Shown piece by piece: positions 37,501 through 48,659 of a stretch of 50,143 nt of DNA. Below the pieces are notes generated by a model. It was not told the origin of the DNA. It worked only from the letters and a program-made list of their open reading frames with translations, and made no database searches. Within the stretch, counting starts at the first letter, position 1; each line of letters starts with the position of its first letter. The stretch is from Chromera velia (taxonomy: Eukaryota), in assembly GCA_018398765.1 (NCBI GenBank), contig JAHBMJ010000339.1, forward strand, positions 1 through 50,143, written 5' to 3'. A program made the position numbers and the translations under genes.

Positions 37501-40500
37501 TTACGTACACAGGCTGCTGGCGGTTACACTTTCCGCACTCGCGAGATCATTCCCGTCAACTTCCTGGTTTTCGAGGTCTGTCTCTGGCACAGTCAGGAAA
37601 CCAGAACCGCCAGGGGCGGGGGGACGGGAACGCCCGAGAAGGCCGTTCTGATCGGGTGCGCCGAGCTGCCCGCCCACGAGCTTATCCATGCAAAACGTCC
37701 CTTCTGCAACCTATGGGAACCTCTGACACCGTATGGCACGGGAGAGCTGCACCTTCTCACCAGATTCCTCCCGTCTGACCCTGCCCTGGCCTCCCTGCCG
37801 GTGCACAAACCACAGAGCGCAAAGGCATTCATCGACATGCAGGTGAGGCAGGAAGAAAACTGATCGAGAAAGCATTTATGTAGTGGTAATTTGCACAATC
37901 TACACTTTGACAGAACAGATTCTTTCTTCAGTACATCACTGTTGGACTGAGGAAGACCGTTGACCGCACGTTCTTCACCAGGTGTCTTGTTGAGCTGTCA
38001 AGAGGTTTTTCGTGTCCGTTTGTTGATGTGCATGTTCCGCTGTGCAGAACTCCTTTCTCAATGATCTTCAAGTCCCCTTCCCATGTTTTGTTCTCAGAGA
38101 GGAGAATAATGGGTGCAAGAGCAAGAGCAGAAGCCGAGAGAGAACATCATTGCATGGGAGGGATTCAGAAGTCGGAAGGAAAAGTGTCTGTCTGTACACA
38201 GTGGCAAGCAGAAAGAGACCTCCAAGCATGGTCTGGTCTCCCTTTGTATGATTTCGCTTTCCTACTGACTCAATCTGATTGCATGCAGACCGCGTCCTCC
38301 ACCATCACGGATGCATTCGGCCTCCCAGTCCGAAAGGGCCAATTCGACCCCTCTCTGATGAACGCCAACCGGAAGGTGTACGAACTTCTTCACGCAAAAG
38401 CCCCGGCAGATCAAATTGCACGAGCGGTCGCACAGGCCCTCGCCGATCCCTCACAACTCCCCAGACCACGACACAAGTTTGAGTCCGGACAGAAGGAGAG
38501 AGAGCTGCACGTCAGCGCATACCTCCACTGTTTGGTCTTCAAGGCAAGAGTCGCATGGGAGAAGGCTACCGGAGGCCGCTTCATCCAATGGACAGACCCG
38601 AACTTGCCCATTGACGAAGGCGCGAAACGCGAAATGTGCGTTAGTCGGTTTGGTTTTTCCTCTGTATCTCGACGTCTTTTTTTGACGTGTCACTTCTCGT
38701 TTTCTGACCTCCTTGAGAAAGAGTTGCAGCAGGAAGACACTTTCTTTTCTGAACTTGTCGAGTAGTCTGGGCGGCCTCTGTGGCTGCCCTTCCGTATATC
38801 TCTCTTCTCTTCCGTGCATTCATTCAAACATTCTTCTTGCAGTCTCCAGATGGCGTCCCAACCACGGAGCGGTAGGGGGGACTCTCTGCTCGAGGCGGCT
38901 TCTAAGGGATTTCCACCCGAAGCTCGGCCTCGGCTCTGGAGAATTCTCTCAGGAGCAGAGGACATCAGACAAAACGGGACATTCGCAAAGTGCCTCCAGG
39001 CAGCTGAAGGGTGAGTGAGCGAGTCTGTCTCTCTGCAGAGATGCAGTCCGTGCATGCAGCGACAGAGAGGACATGCGTGTTGTCGTCGGTGACGGGGACA
39101 GTTCATGAGGGGGTCTCGTCTTTGAGCACAACACAAAAAGAGAGAGCTCAGCTTCGATCATGTGTTGACCAGTTTCTTAGTGGCTTTTACATTGTGAACA
39201 ATGAGCAACGGGAAGAAAGACTTGACTTCCTCCGTTCGTCTTTTAAGCCTTTCCTGTTGCTGCCCTGCCTGGCCTGCAGAGTTGAGAGTGCGGTACTGCG
39301 GCAACTCGTAGAAGACCTCGAGAGGGTGCAATCGGAGGAGGAGACCTTCCTCTGGGGGGGGGCAGGGGAGGCTCCTGCAGGGGCGGATGCGGCACAGAAC
39401 TTGAGACAGGCACGCGCACTCCAGCTCTCCGCACTCATCCTCAGAGCTCGAGACGCGTGTACCGCGTTTGTGATGTACAACTCTCCCGACTCTTCCGGAG
39501 GCAGAAGAGCGTCGAGGAGCTCGCAACACCCCATGAGATACTCCCCCACCCTCCCACGTCTCGCCCTTCGTCTCCTCATCCCCCAGCCGGATCCCCTCGC
39601 AGGTACCTTCTTTGCCCTCTCGAGCGAGGACGTGTTCTGGATTCTCGTCGCTCTGGGAGGAAGTCAGGGACCTCTCAGCGGCCTCCTCTCTGGTGCGGAG
39701 ACGGGAGGGAACTCCGACGCAGACAGCGTCGCCGTGAGAGGCGGACCCGGGTTTGCTGAGTGTATTTTGCTCGAGTCTGTTTTGGCTGTCTTGTTCGCTG
39801 ACGTTCTCTCGCGCACCCGCGCTGTCGGATACCCCTTGAGCGACTTCTTCGGTCCATCGTTTGCAAGTCTCTTCGCTGGGGTCCTTCCTTCCCACTCGTT
39901 CTTCCTCTTCTTTGACTACCTCATGGCCTGTCAACATGAAACACCGGGGAGGAGCCGGGAGGTGTTGGTCTCTCTCGCGGTCGCCCTCATCTCCACAGCC
40001 GAGACTGACCTCAAGAATGCTCATAGCGCAGCCGGTGCTCGGGCCGCCCTGGTGTCTGCTGCCGATGCGCTGCAGGACCCGAACAAAACAGGAGCGTATC
40101 TGAACTGGATCGAGACAGAGGTGTGGGAGAAACCGCAGAACAAGGGAGCCGTGGAAGACATCGCGGAATTCGCCTTCCGTGGCCTTGAGAGCATTCTCCC
40201 TTCCATCCAGAATGAAAATTTTAATCTGAGAGGACTGGGGGCCGAGCTAAGCGGTGGAGAGACGGTCACCCCAGGGATGATTGCCAACAAGGCCGGGGCC
40301 CTTGTAGGCGGAGAGGGCCCCTCTGGGTTCGTTCGGTCCCTTGAGGGGGAGTTTGTCCCTTCGGAGCCTGTGGACTCGAGAGGAAGGAGACAACAGAGCG
40401 TGAGGGAAACAGCACCGGTTGCCTTCTTCACAGCGTCAGTTTGTTGTAGTCTGTTCAACTTCGTCTACATACGTATTGCTTTGGCGTTGCTCTCGCCTGA

Positions 40501-43500
40501 TCTTTTGATGTGCGCCTTTTTCTCCGCCCGCCGATGTGCCGATGCGAATTCTTCATGGGTTTGTTCTTCCTTTCAATCGATTTGCCTTCTCTCCTCGCTT
40601 TGCCTCACTTCCACGGTGTCTCTTGGGCGGTGGAGGATCCTTTCGTCTCGATCAGCTTCTTCGAATGAGAACAGAAAATCTCTGTGGGACTCGGCTTCAA
40701 GGGATGCATGCCCTTTTTTTCTACAGGCGGTTGTTCCTTCGGTCATAAAACCCTCTGTGTCTGTTTTGCGTTTGTGGTGCAGAAGGAAGTTCCCGAAGAA
40801 GCTTTTCCCCTCAGCGGAAGAAGTTGGGAGTGTAGTGAAGAAAGAATTACCACAGCTGTCTCAGGGAGCTGCGGCTGCCTGTAACGTTCTTGCAGCCACA
40901 TCTCCAGAGGGAGGGGGCGGTGTGGTGTCCTGGCACGATTTCCTTGCTTCCGCTGTTCTCGCCAGCAGCGGTACCACCAGGGAGAAGGCAAAGGCCCTTT
41001 TCAAGCTGTTCGCAGAAAGTCTGCCCGAGGGCTGGGGGGGGGCTGGAAGCAACAACGAGAGCACACAGGCGTGGGCCCATACAGCCGCATCCACCTCTGG
41101 AGGTCGGTCACTTTCTTTTAAAGCTCTGTACGGGCGTACGAAATATTCTTCACTGTCTTTGCGGTGTCTATCTGGTCTAGATTGGGGGTGTCCGGAGCAT
41201 TATTGATTGAAAAGAAAGAATGTGAAGAGAACTAATGACACAGGAGGCTCAAGGATGTGTGACTATCTTTGTTCGAGTTCATATTTTTTCTTTGCGTGTC
41301 CACGACTGCAGGGGATGCACTCTCGAAGACCTCGAAGGCGTTGGTGTTTGAGGTCAAGCACAAAAGGGGCACAGTCGGGAAAGCGGTTGTCTCCTCTCTC
41401 AGTGATTGTCTGGGGGCAGTGAGTCGACGCAAGGTCCTGTCTGTATTCTCTGGAAGACGGCAGACAGGGGTGATGTCTGTGGACCTCGCATTCCTCCCCG
41501 ACGGAGGCCAAAACTTCCCACCTCCGAGTGATCTGAAGGGACAAGGAAGTGTGAAGGGTCTGCTGAGCGTGTTGATTGACCGGGTGGAACTGGATGAGGA
41601 AATGCAGGGGAGAGGGTCGGTGGAGGTCTCGTGCGTAAGTGAGGGAGACAAGACTGCCGTGGCAGTGAAGGACTACAAGCTTCTGCCTCTGAGGTACGTG
41701 GGATTCTCTTTCTTTTTTTCTTTCCTCCTTCCTGCCTCTCTTTCCTTCTTTTTCCGTTTCCAACGCACCTTCATTCATTCATTTCTTTTCTGCCGTCGGT
41801 CAATATCTTGCCCCCTTTCTTGACTTTCGCGCCGCAAAGCGCGTGTTTCTAGGTTTCTTAGTTCTTCCCGCTTGTTCTTTGTCTGCTTTTCCTCGTATGT
41901 TCAGGGAAGACGGTACATTGTCGTCCGAGCGAGATAGGGACAGGGACAGCAAGGAGGAACTGCCACCCTCCCGGGTCTACGGAGGAGCACGGAACGAGAC
42001 CCAAAGACAGTACGTGCACATCAGAACGGACGCTCTTCTGCCCACCCCGTCCGACTCTACTGGATCAAGATCCTCCCTGATCTCCCTGCTCGGCTGTCGT
42101 CGGGTGACTCAGACAATCCTCCGCAGGGCACTTGTGCCCCTCTCTGCTCGAGCTCTCTGCACGGTCTCCGACGTGACATTCAGCCGGTACGCGTCTGCGC
42201 CGACTCTGGTGTCTGCCGTTTTCAAGGGATCCGGCAAGACCGCAGACGCAACCAGTGCGGTCGTGAAAGGGTGGGAGGCTTCGTTCGCCTCCAAAGGATT
42301 CGATTCCTCCTTCGATGCCGGGGGGGGGGCGCTGTTCAGAGACGCACCTCCCGACAGTGTGCCCAACTGGGCCCATGAAATCGAGTCAGTCACTTGGCAG
42401 GGAGTGAAGGAGGATAGCGTAAAGTGTAGTAACCATCGCGAGGAGGGAAGTTATCGCGCGTGTTCAACTCTACAGCCTTCCGTTGCTTCAAAGTCGCAAC
42501 ATTTTTGTGGCTGTCTCCTTTTCCTTTCACAGAACTCGATTGTACTTGCGCAGAGGTCCATTTGGTGGTCCTTTTTACATCTGTGACCTTGAAATTGACG
42601 GTTGCGCGTCTGCTTTATTTTTTGCCTTCCTTCAGGCTGCAATTGGCTGGAGCGAGTGGGACAGAGTCAAAGAAAGTGGTGGTCGCTCTGAGCAACGGGA
42701 GAACAGTTGACAAGGGACCGGGCGTCGTGAAGCTCGATGAGGCAGTGAACGGGTTGAGTCACCTCTCTGCTGCCGATTTTGAGGCTGCGCTTTGCTGCTC
42801 GGGCCTTCTCTCTGGGGCTCTCGTGAGAGCAGGGAGCGCCCTCTCGAAAGGAATGTCAACTCGGAAGTGTGCCCCCTTCAAGTGCGAAGTCTTCATGCCC
42901 CCTCCGCCTGAAGCTGAAGAGATAGAGGAGAGAGAGGAAGAGGTCGGCCCCCTGACTCTTCTCCCTTTAGAAATGGAACAGTCAGCACGTTCCGTAATTT
43001 TGCCCCAACTTTGTTTGCAGTTTCGCTAATTCAGGCCTTGACAGCTTTTGGTCCCCCCTGGCTTACTTATCTTGATGGCTCATCTACTCGTTTTGCCTCT
43101 GCATCTTCTTGTACTGTTCCTGTGCAGGGAGAGCTGCCCTATCGAGTTCTCCTGGAGGTCTGGAACACTGACCCTGCCTCGGTGGCCGAACCCCGGGTCC
43201 CCGTACTTCTCGGAGAAGCCTGGCTGCCTCCCTTCTGCTCCATCCCCTCGTCTTTCCCTCAGAGACTGAACTTGAAACTGAAAGACGCCACAGACGCAAC
43301 AGACAATTCCTCGGCAGAGTGGGGTCTGAGGAAAACGCAGAGCCCTCTGATCGTGAAGGAATCCAAAGGAACCGCATCCTTGACTGTCAGTCAGTCAGTT
43401 AATCCATTTTTTATTATTGCAGTACAGTCTGATGCGCCTCGCCTCCCCTGCCTCCTGAAGCCCTTAGTTTGGTTTCTGCAAAGACTGTCCCTTTCTTTTT

Positions 43501-45631
43501 CTCCCACGCAACAGAGCCCGACAGATGCAACCGCATTGTATGAGAGAGTGAGCGTGTTTATGCAGGCATTAAGAGCAGTCCCGCAGCGGAAAGAACCGGC
43601 AAAAAGAAAAATGGAGAACAACTTCTCAATTCCCTCTGTTTGCATGCATGCTTGCAGGTCGGTGTGCGTCTTGAGATGCCCGCGATGTCCAGCAGCCACC
43701 CTCCGCATCGCCTCAGGTACAAGGGAAGCAAGCTCTGCCGACTGCACCTGCACTTGATGGAAGCCTCGGGTCTTCCTCTCCTGCACAACGACAGCAGCAA
43801 GGGACGCTCCTCCTCCACCGTGTCACCCCCCTCTGCCTTCGTCCGGGTTTGGGTGCAGACGGGGAGGGGGCGGTGGACCCCGGGCCGGTCTCTGTGGACG
43901 CCGGAGGACGGGTCTCTTCGTGAGGGTCGGTTGGTTGAGATTCGCCTGCAGCAGAGGAGGCCTTCCACGTCCCCCTCGTGGGATGAGACCGTCTGTGTGG
44001 ACATCCCCCTGGAGGGAGGGGGAGGGGCAGGAGGGTCGATGGTGGGCTCCGTGGTCGGGTCTGTGTATTCGTCTGCTGTTGGGACAGGGATCGGACAAGG
44101 GACTGCTGTAGGAGGGGGAGGAGGGAGACGGGGAAGTAGGGGAGGGGGGGGAGGGAGAGAGTCGGAGATCGGGACTCAGGTAGCTAGTGACAGGTGGAGC
44201 AAGCAGGTACGAGTGAGTTTCGGTGGACAGGGCCAACCCCAGGTGGGAGGCTGGGAGAGTGTCAGACAGGTCGTACGTCTAGCCTGCGATCAGACGAGGA
44301 GACGGGCAGAGACGGAGAAGAACCAACAGGTCAGTCAGTCGGTCGGGTGAGAGAGAGACAGAGAAAGGGGGTCGTCTTCAAGGATCAGTTAAATGATGCG
44401 CATCTTGTTGTCATTCTGCCTTGAAGCCTATGAAAGTGAAGAAGTAACGGAGTTGAAAGTCCCCTGACACCTGCATGAGAGTTTATTTTTGACTGTCCGA
44501 AGGCTTCTTCTTTCACCGTTACCCAGTCATTGACCGCCACGATGGGATAGAGGAAAGAGGTTGAGGATCTGGTCCTGGAATGAATGAGAAATGGACGTCC
44601 TTCAGGTCCATTTCTGAGTCCTTTTCCTGCCTTCTCAAATCATATCTGTGTCGACGGATTTGTTTCTTCAGCAGTGGAATGGACGTGAGGGAAAGAATGA
44701 TTGAATTTCAAATGAACGAACATAGGTCCTTCTCCCTTTTTCTCTTCATTTTCCACTGCCTGCGTATCTTTCTGACTTCCTGATGGATGCAGTTTCCAAA
44801 TCTGAAGGAGGACGACGGCGTCATTGCCCTTCTTCTCCTTCCTCCAGAAGGAAAGGCCCTCTCAGCCAACCCCCCGTCTCCAGAATTCCTCAAGCACTTC
44901 GCAGTCGAGAGACACTGGATTCCACTCGACCTTTCCGATCCTCTCGAGACCGCAGTCACCCGGACACTCGCATCTCATGGCGCGTCTCCCCCCAGCTCCG
45001 GGGGGGACGTCATCATTCGGGTCGTTCAGGCGTCTCCCCTTTTAGCTCGGAAGAACCCGAACGTGGCGCTGTACCTGGCCAGGAAACGGATGGAGAGGAG
45101 CGCTCCGGTGGTGGAGAGGAACTCGGTGGAAGAGTGCTTCGCTTATGTCTTCGTTGGGGCACAGGAGGGGAGGGTGGCGTGGAAGCCCGCGTTGGTGCAG
45201 CAGCTGGACAGAGCGCAGATGATTGCCATGAAGAAAGAGGCGGACAGAGAGAACGAGGACAGACTCAGGAAGGGAGGAGGGGGTTCATGGGTCAGCAGGC
45301 TGTCTCTTCTTTGGGAGGCGGCGAAGTGGGAGTTGTTCTCCTTCCGCACGCGTCCTCGTGCTCTCTCTGTCCTTCTCTCGTCTGGGACCTTTTGTCGTCT
45401 TCTCGCTCTGTTTGCATGCAGACTGTTCTCATTTCTGTGCCCCTTCTATGTTCCTTCATGCCTGCAGGTGATGCCCGCACAGTTCAAGGGAGTCCTTCTG
45501 CAAACAGAAAAGAAAATTGCGGTGACGAAGCCTCTGAAGGCCTCCGAGATCGTGTTCGCAAGGGCACCTGCAAAGGTGGACGATGCATTGGTCAGTTCGA
45601 TTCAACAGAATGGATGCTCTCTCTCGGGATG

Positions 45632-45662
<31 letters not shown>

Positions 45663-46083
45663 TCTGTGCATGAGTGTGTGTGTGTGGGTGTGTGTGTGTG
45701 TGTGGCTTCCGCTTCCTGCCTCCCTCCCTGTTTGGTTTGTGAAGCCCGTCTCTTTGGTGTTGTCTGTTTCCCTTTCGACTTGTGAGTCAAAGAGGAGGAA
45801 ATGAAAGGAACGAGAAAGCGTGAATAAAACATGTCCCTCTCCCTGTATCTGCCTGTCCGTCTCTCTCTGTGTTTGCAGGGCGTCCAGGCCTTCAGAGACG
45901 ATCCGCTCCTTGCCGGGTTCCCCGAGCAGATCGTGAACCTCCGAGCAGCAGGAGTGAATGTGCGGAGCATCGCGAGGTTGATGAACAAAAAGGCCAGAGA
46001 GAACTGGCAAAAGTCCGCAAAGGGAGACCCCTCAAGGAAACCTGTTTTCATCACACTCCTCATGGTCGGTCGATCTCGGTCTG

Positions 46084-46135
<52 letters not shown>

Positions 46136-46582
46136 TGTCTGTCTGTCTGTCTGTCTGGCTGGCTGGGTGGCTGTATGTTTTTCGTGTACGCTAAGAGAAA
46201 GAGGGAAAAGAGTGTGTGTGTGTGTGTCTGTCTGTCTGTCTGTCTGGCTGTCTGGCTGGCTGGCTGGCTGGCTGTATGTTTTTCGTGTACGCTAAGAGAA
46301 AGAGGGAAAAGAGATAAATGTAGAGGCGGTCTGTCTGTTTCTTCGTCTTTCCGTTTGTTGGTTTGTGTTTTTGTTTCCGTTTGTGGGTGTGTCTGACTGA
46401 GAAGGAACAAAGAAAAAAGGACGGAAATGGCTATCTGTCTGTCTGTACGTGTCCTCCTTTTTTTTCTTGTCTGTTTGTCACTCTTTCTGTTCTGCTTTGC
46501 TTTCGCCCACTTGCCCATGAAAACCACTGCTATCTGAATGCGAGGTGTTCAGGTTGAGGATGTGCTGAAGAGAGCCGGTTGA
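25885..46582 (+). CDS. Giant (~3247 aa) PH domain + multiple C2 domain + TBC (Rab-GAP) + EF-hand-like protein, 34 exons
   Basis: In-phase GT-AG exons: 25885-25890, 26178-27176, 27327-27391, 27622-27663, 28235-28709, 29795-29918, 30399-30608, 30863-31084, 31561-31898, 32209-32271, 32680-32836, 33074-33465, 33792-34091, 34423-34556, 34782-34926, 35256-35435, 35813-35883, 36146-36259, 36493-36741, 37087-37288, 37513-37842, 38289-38635, 38843-39010, 39280-40434, 40783-41102, 41312-41693, 41905-42384, 42636-42942, 43128-43385, 43658-44329, 44793-45290, 45468-45590, 45879-46064, 46553-46582 (total 9744 nt, ends TGA). Alternative start at ATG 26166. Individual junctions were called by eye. Confidence 0.82.
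26420..26850 (+). other. PH domain-coding segment of the giant gene
   Basis: LYKAGRGPFSGMVRRYFEIFEGRLTSFRK ... YDLRG ... YRYRVVLQT ... LFLYTQDLLAAHLWAHSIR matches the PH beta1-beta3 pattern and the C-terminal Trp helix. Confidence 0.8.
27769..28056. other. Assembly gap (N run) flanked by poly-C, inside an intron
   Basis: 288 N bases with C-runs on both sides. Confidence 0.99.
31234..31522. repeat. (CTTT)n microsatellite with CATT/GTTT variant units
   Basis: Read directly; intronic; source of FFLS/RKKE ORFs. Confidence 0.95.
36670..37770 (+). other. C2 domain-coding segment (three exons) immediately upstream of the TBC region
   Basis: GKVEVVVVEVLNV ... NASVTFRL ... FQRTPVIPQSSHPRF ... LVFEVCLWH ... 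LIGCAELPAHEL ... WEPLTPYGTGELHLLTRF. Further C2-like segments at ~33160-33420, ~41340-41690, ~43128-43390 and ~43720-44010. Confidence 0.75.
38843..40010 (+). other. TBC (Rab-GAP) domain-coding segment
   Basis: KGFPPEARPRLWRILSGA (motif A), QLVEDLERV (IxxDxxR), YSPTLPRLA (at the YxQG position), SEDVFWILVAL, FFGPSFASLFAGVLP..FFLFFDYL. Confidence 0.8.
40920..41020 (+). other. Degenerate EF-hand-like segment following the TBC domain
   Basis: GVVSWHDFLASAVLASSGTTREKAKALFKLF resembles the recoverin/calcineurin-B-type EF region that follows TBC in TBC1D8/9-like proteins; no canonical acidic Ca-binding loop is visible. Confidence 0.55.
46117..46313. repeat. Tandem duplication (~100 bp x2) in the last intron
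   Basis: (GT)n(GTCT)n(GGCT)n followed by the unique string GGCTGTATGTTTTTCGTGTACGCTAAGAGAAAGAGGGAAAAGAG occurs twice in succession. Confidence 0.9.
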
Positions 46583-47146
46583 GGTTAGCGGGAAGAAAGC
46601 AAAGGCAGAGTTCGAAGATCAGGAGTCATTCATTCCAGTGGCTGCTTTCGCCGGAAACATGAGGGAAGCAAAGGGCAGACTCGTCTCTTTCTAATCTCAG
46701 GGTGGTACAGTTCTTCAACGTCTTTCGAAAATTGATTCAAGGGGGGCGGGGGGGAGGGGCCATACAGGAACATACAGACACGGAAACAATCGGGATGTGT
46801 GAGGCAGGAGGAGCAAAAAGGCCGTAGAAAGGGGATGGTGCAGAATGCATTACAGATTTGCATTCTGTTCGAGAGGTTTGACCGAGAGAGTTGGTCACTC
46901 GAGGACGTTCAGCTTCAGATCGAAGCAGGCTTCAAAGCGCAACTCTTCATCATCATCATACGCCATCGCCATCGGCCTATGGTAGGCGTCTAGCGTTCGG
47001 CAGATCACAACAATGGCAACATGCAAGGCAGAATTATGTTAAATGATGTAGTCTGGCCTGGAAAACTCATAGTTTTATTTGGTAAGTCTTTCAGATCCAG
47101 CGATCTTACTAGTGATCTTAGGTTAAAATCTACTTCACAATGACAT

Positions 47147-48367
47147 TAGGGCTGGGAAAAGGTTCATTCAGAAAAGGTTCAAATCTGAAAAAGTGAACCT
47201 GTTAAACCTGTTTTGAACCTGTTGAACCTGTTTTGAACCTGTTTTGGAGGCCAGACGCGCGGCCACTGGCACAAGGCCGGCCAGGCCCGCGCCGCCCACG
47301 GCCCATATAGGTGAAATAAGGAGCTGGAGCCGCGCACACAGCAACTGTCCCCAGCCGGTTCAATCTATTATGTCGGACAGACGCATGTCAGCAAATGTCA
47401 GCATCATATATCAGCATGAAAACTCATGCTGACGGTTGCAGATTCTGAAGTGAAGAAGTACACGTGACTTACCAAGTTTTCCACTTGTAAGGCCCCGCAT
47501 CAAAATGGACAGTCTCCACTGAAGGAATGAGGAAGTGTAGAATTTGTTTGACAGCAGTCTGTACGACAGTGTAATTAACAATGTCTTTTTGGAGGAGCTG
47601 CTTCAGACTCGTGCCGGCAGCAGTCCCTCTGCTTGCTTCCGCTACTGCCGTGGACGAGAGGGGAGTTGAACAAGAATGTTGCTCCTCATGCGAAGTACAA
47701 AGCAGGTGATACAATATTGCCAATTCACATGATCGGGTGCACTGATGAGTATTTGAAAAGAGAGTTTCAATCCGATTTTGTGTGGCAAAAGGTTGGAACG
47801 AATGCAAACCCAGATGTTTGGGTGCCACCCGCGGTAGCTGGGAGCGGTGGGGGCCATGAGGGGGAGCAAAGGGGGGGGCAACAGGCCAGGCCGGGAGCAG
47901 CAGGTCAAAGAGGCGGCGGTGCACGGAGAGGGAGGGGGGGAGCGGGGGCCGCGGGGCAACCGGTGAGCAGATGAAAGAAAGAAAGAAACGCTGTGACGGT
48001 CTTATGTTGACTAAATTATCATGATTGATACGATCATATAAATTTAATTATGGTATTTTCCAATTTTTTCAGGCTTTTTTAATTACTAATTTTCGACTAT
48101 AAACAGTGAATAACTTGAGACTAGCACCTAATGTGAGCGTAAATATTGATTTAAACTATTTAAAAACACTACGAAGGCATAGATTCTATAATAAAACGTT
48201 GTAAAAATGCATTAAAGCCTAATTTAAAGGCATAAAATAACATAAAAAAATGAGGTTTCTATTAATTAAAAGTGAACCTGTTTTTGAACCTGTTTTTAAA
48301 CCTGATTCAGGTTCATTACTTCGAAGTGAACTTTGAACCTTGAACCTTGAACCTTTTCCTAGCATTA
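47147..48367. mobile_element. Non-autonomous hAT-like DNA transposon, 1221 bp
   Basis: Left end TAGGGCTGGGAAAAGGTTCA; right end reverse complement TAATGCTAGGAAAAGGTTCA (17/20 identical). TGAACC(TG)-based subterminal repeats at both ends (47195-47244, 48272-48355). TSD is imperfect and there is no intact transposase. Confidence 0.78.
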
Positions 48368-48659
48368 CTTCACATAACGAGAAATAACATTTTCTATAAT
48401 CAAAAGTAGTTAAAACTTTTAGTAAAACTTATATATTTTAGATTCTAACCTATATCCAAATCTTGAATATGAAAGAAAGTATCCAGAGTAATTTAGTGAT
48501 TTTAATTGAATTTAACGCTGTTACAGGAATAGTAAACTGCCTCGTACGTCGCCGCCAAACGCTTCAAGCTTACAAATAGGCTGATGACTATAGGATAAGA
48601 TAGGATAGGATAAGATTTTATGTTCCAACAATCCCCGCGGTCCACTGCCAGGTATCCCC

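Noticed and set aside
39011..41206. 731-aa ORF as a stand-alone gene
   Set aside because: It is two exons of the giant gene plus stop-free intron sequence; clear splice sites at 39280, 40434, 40783 and 41102
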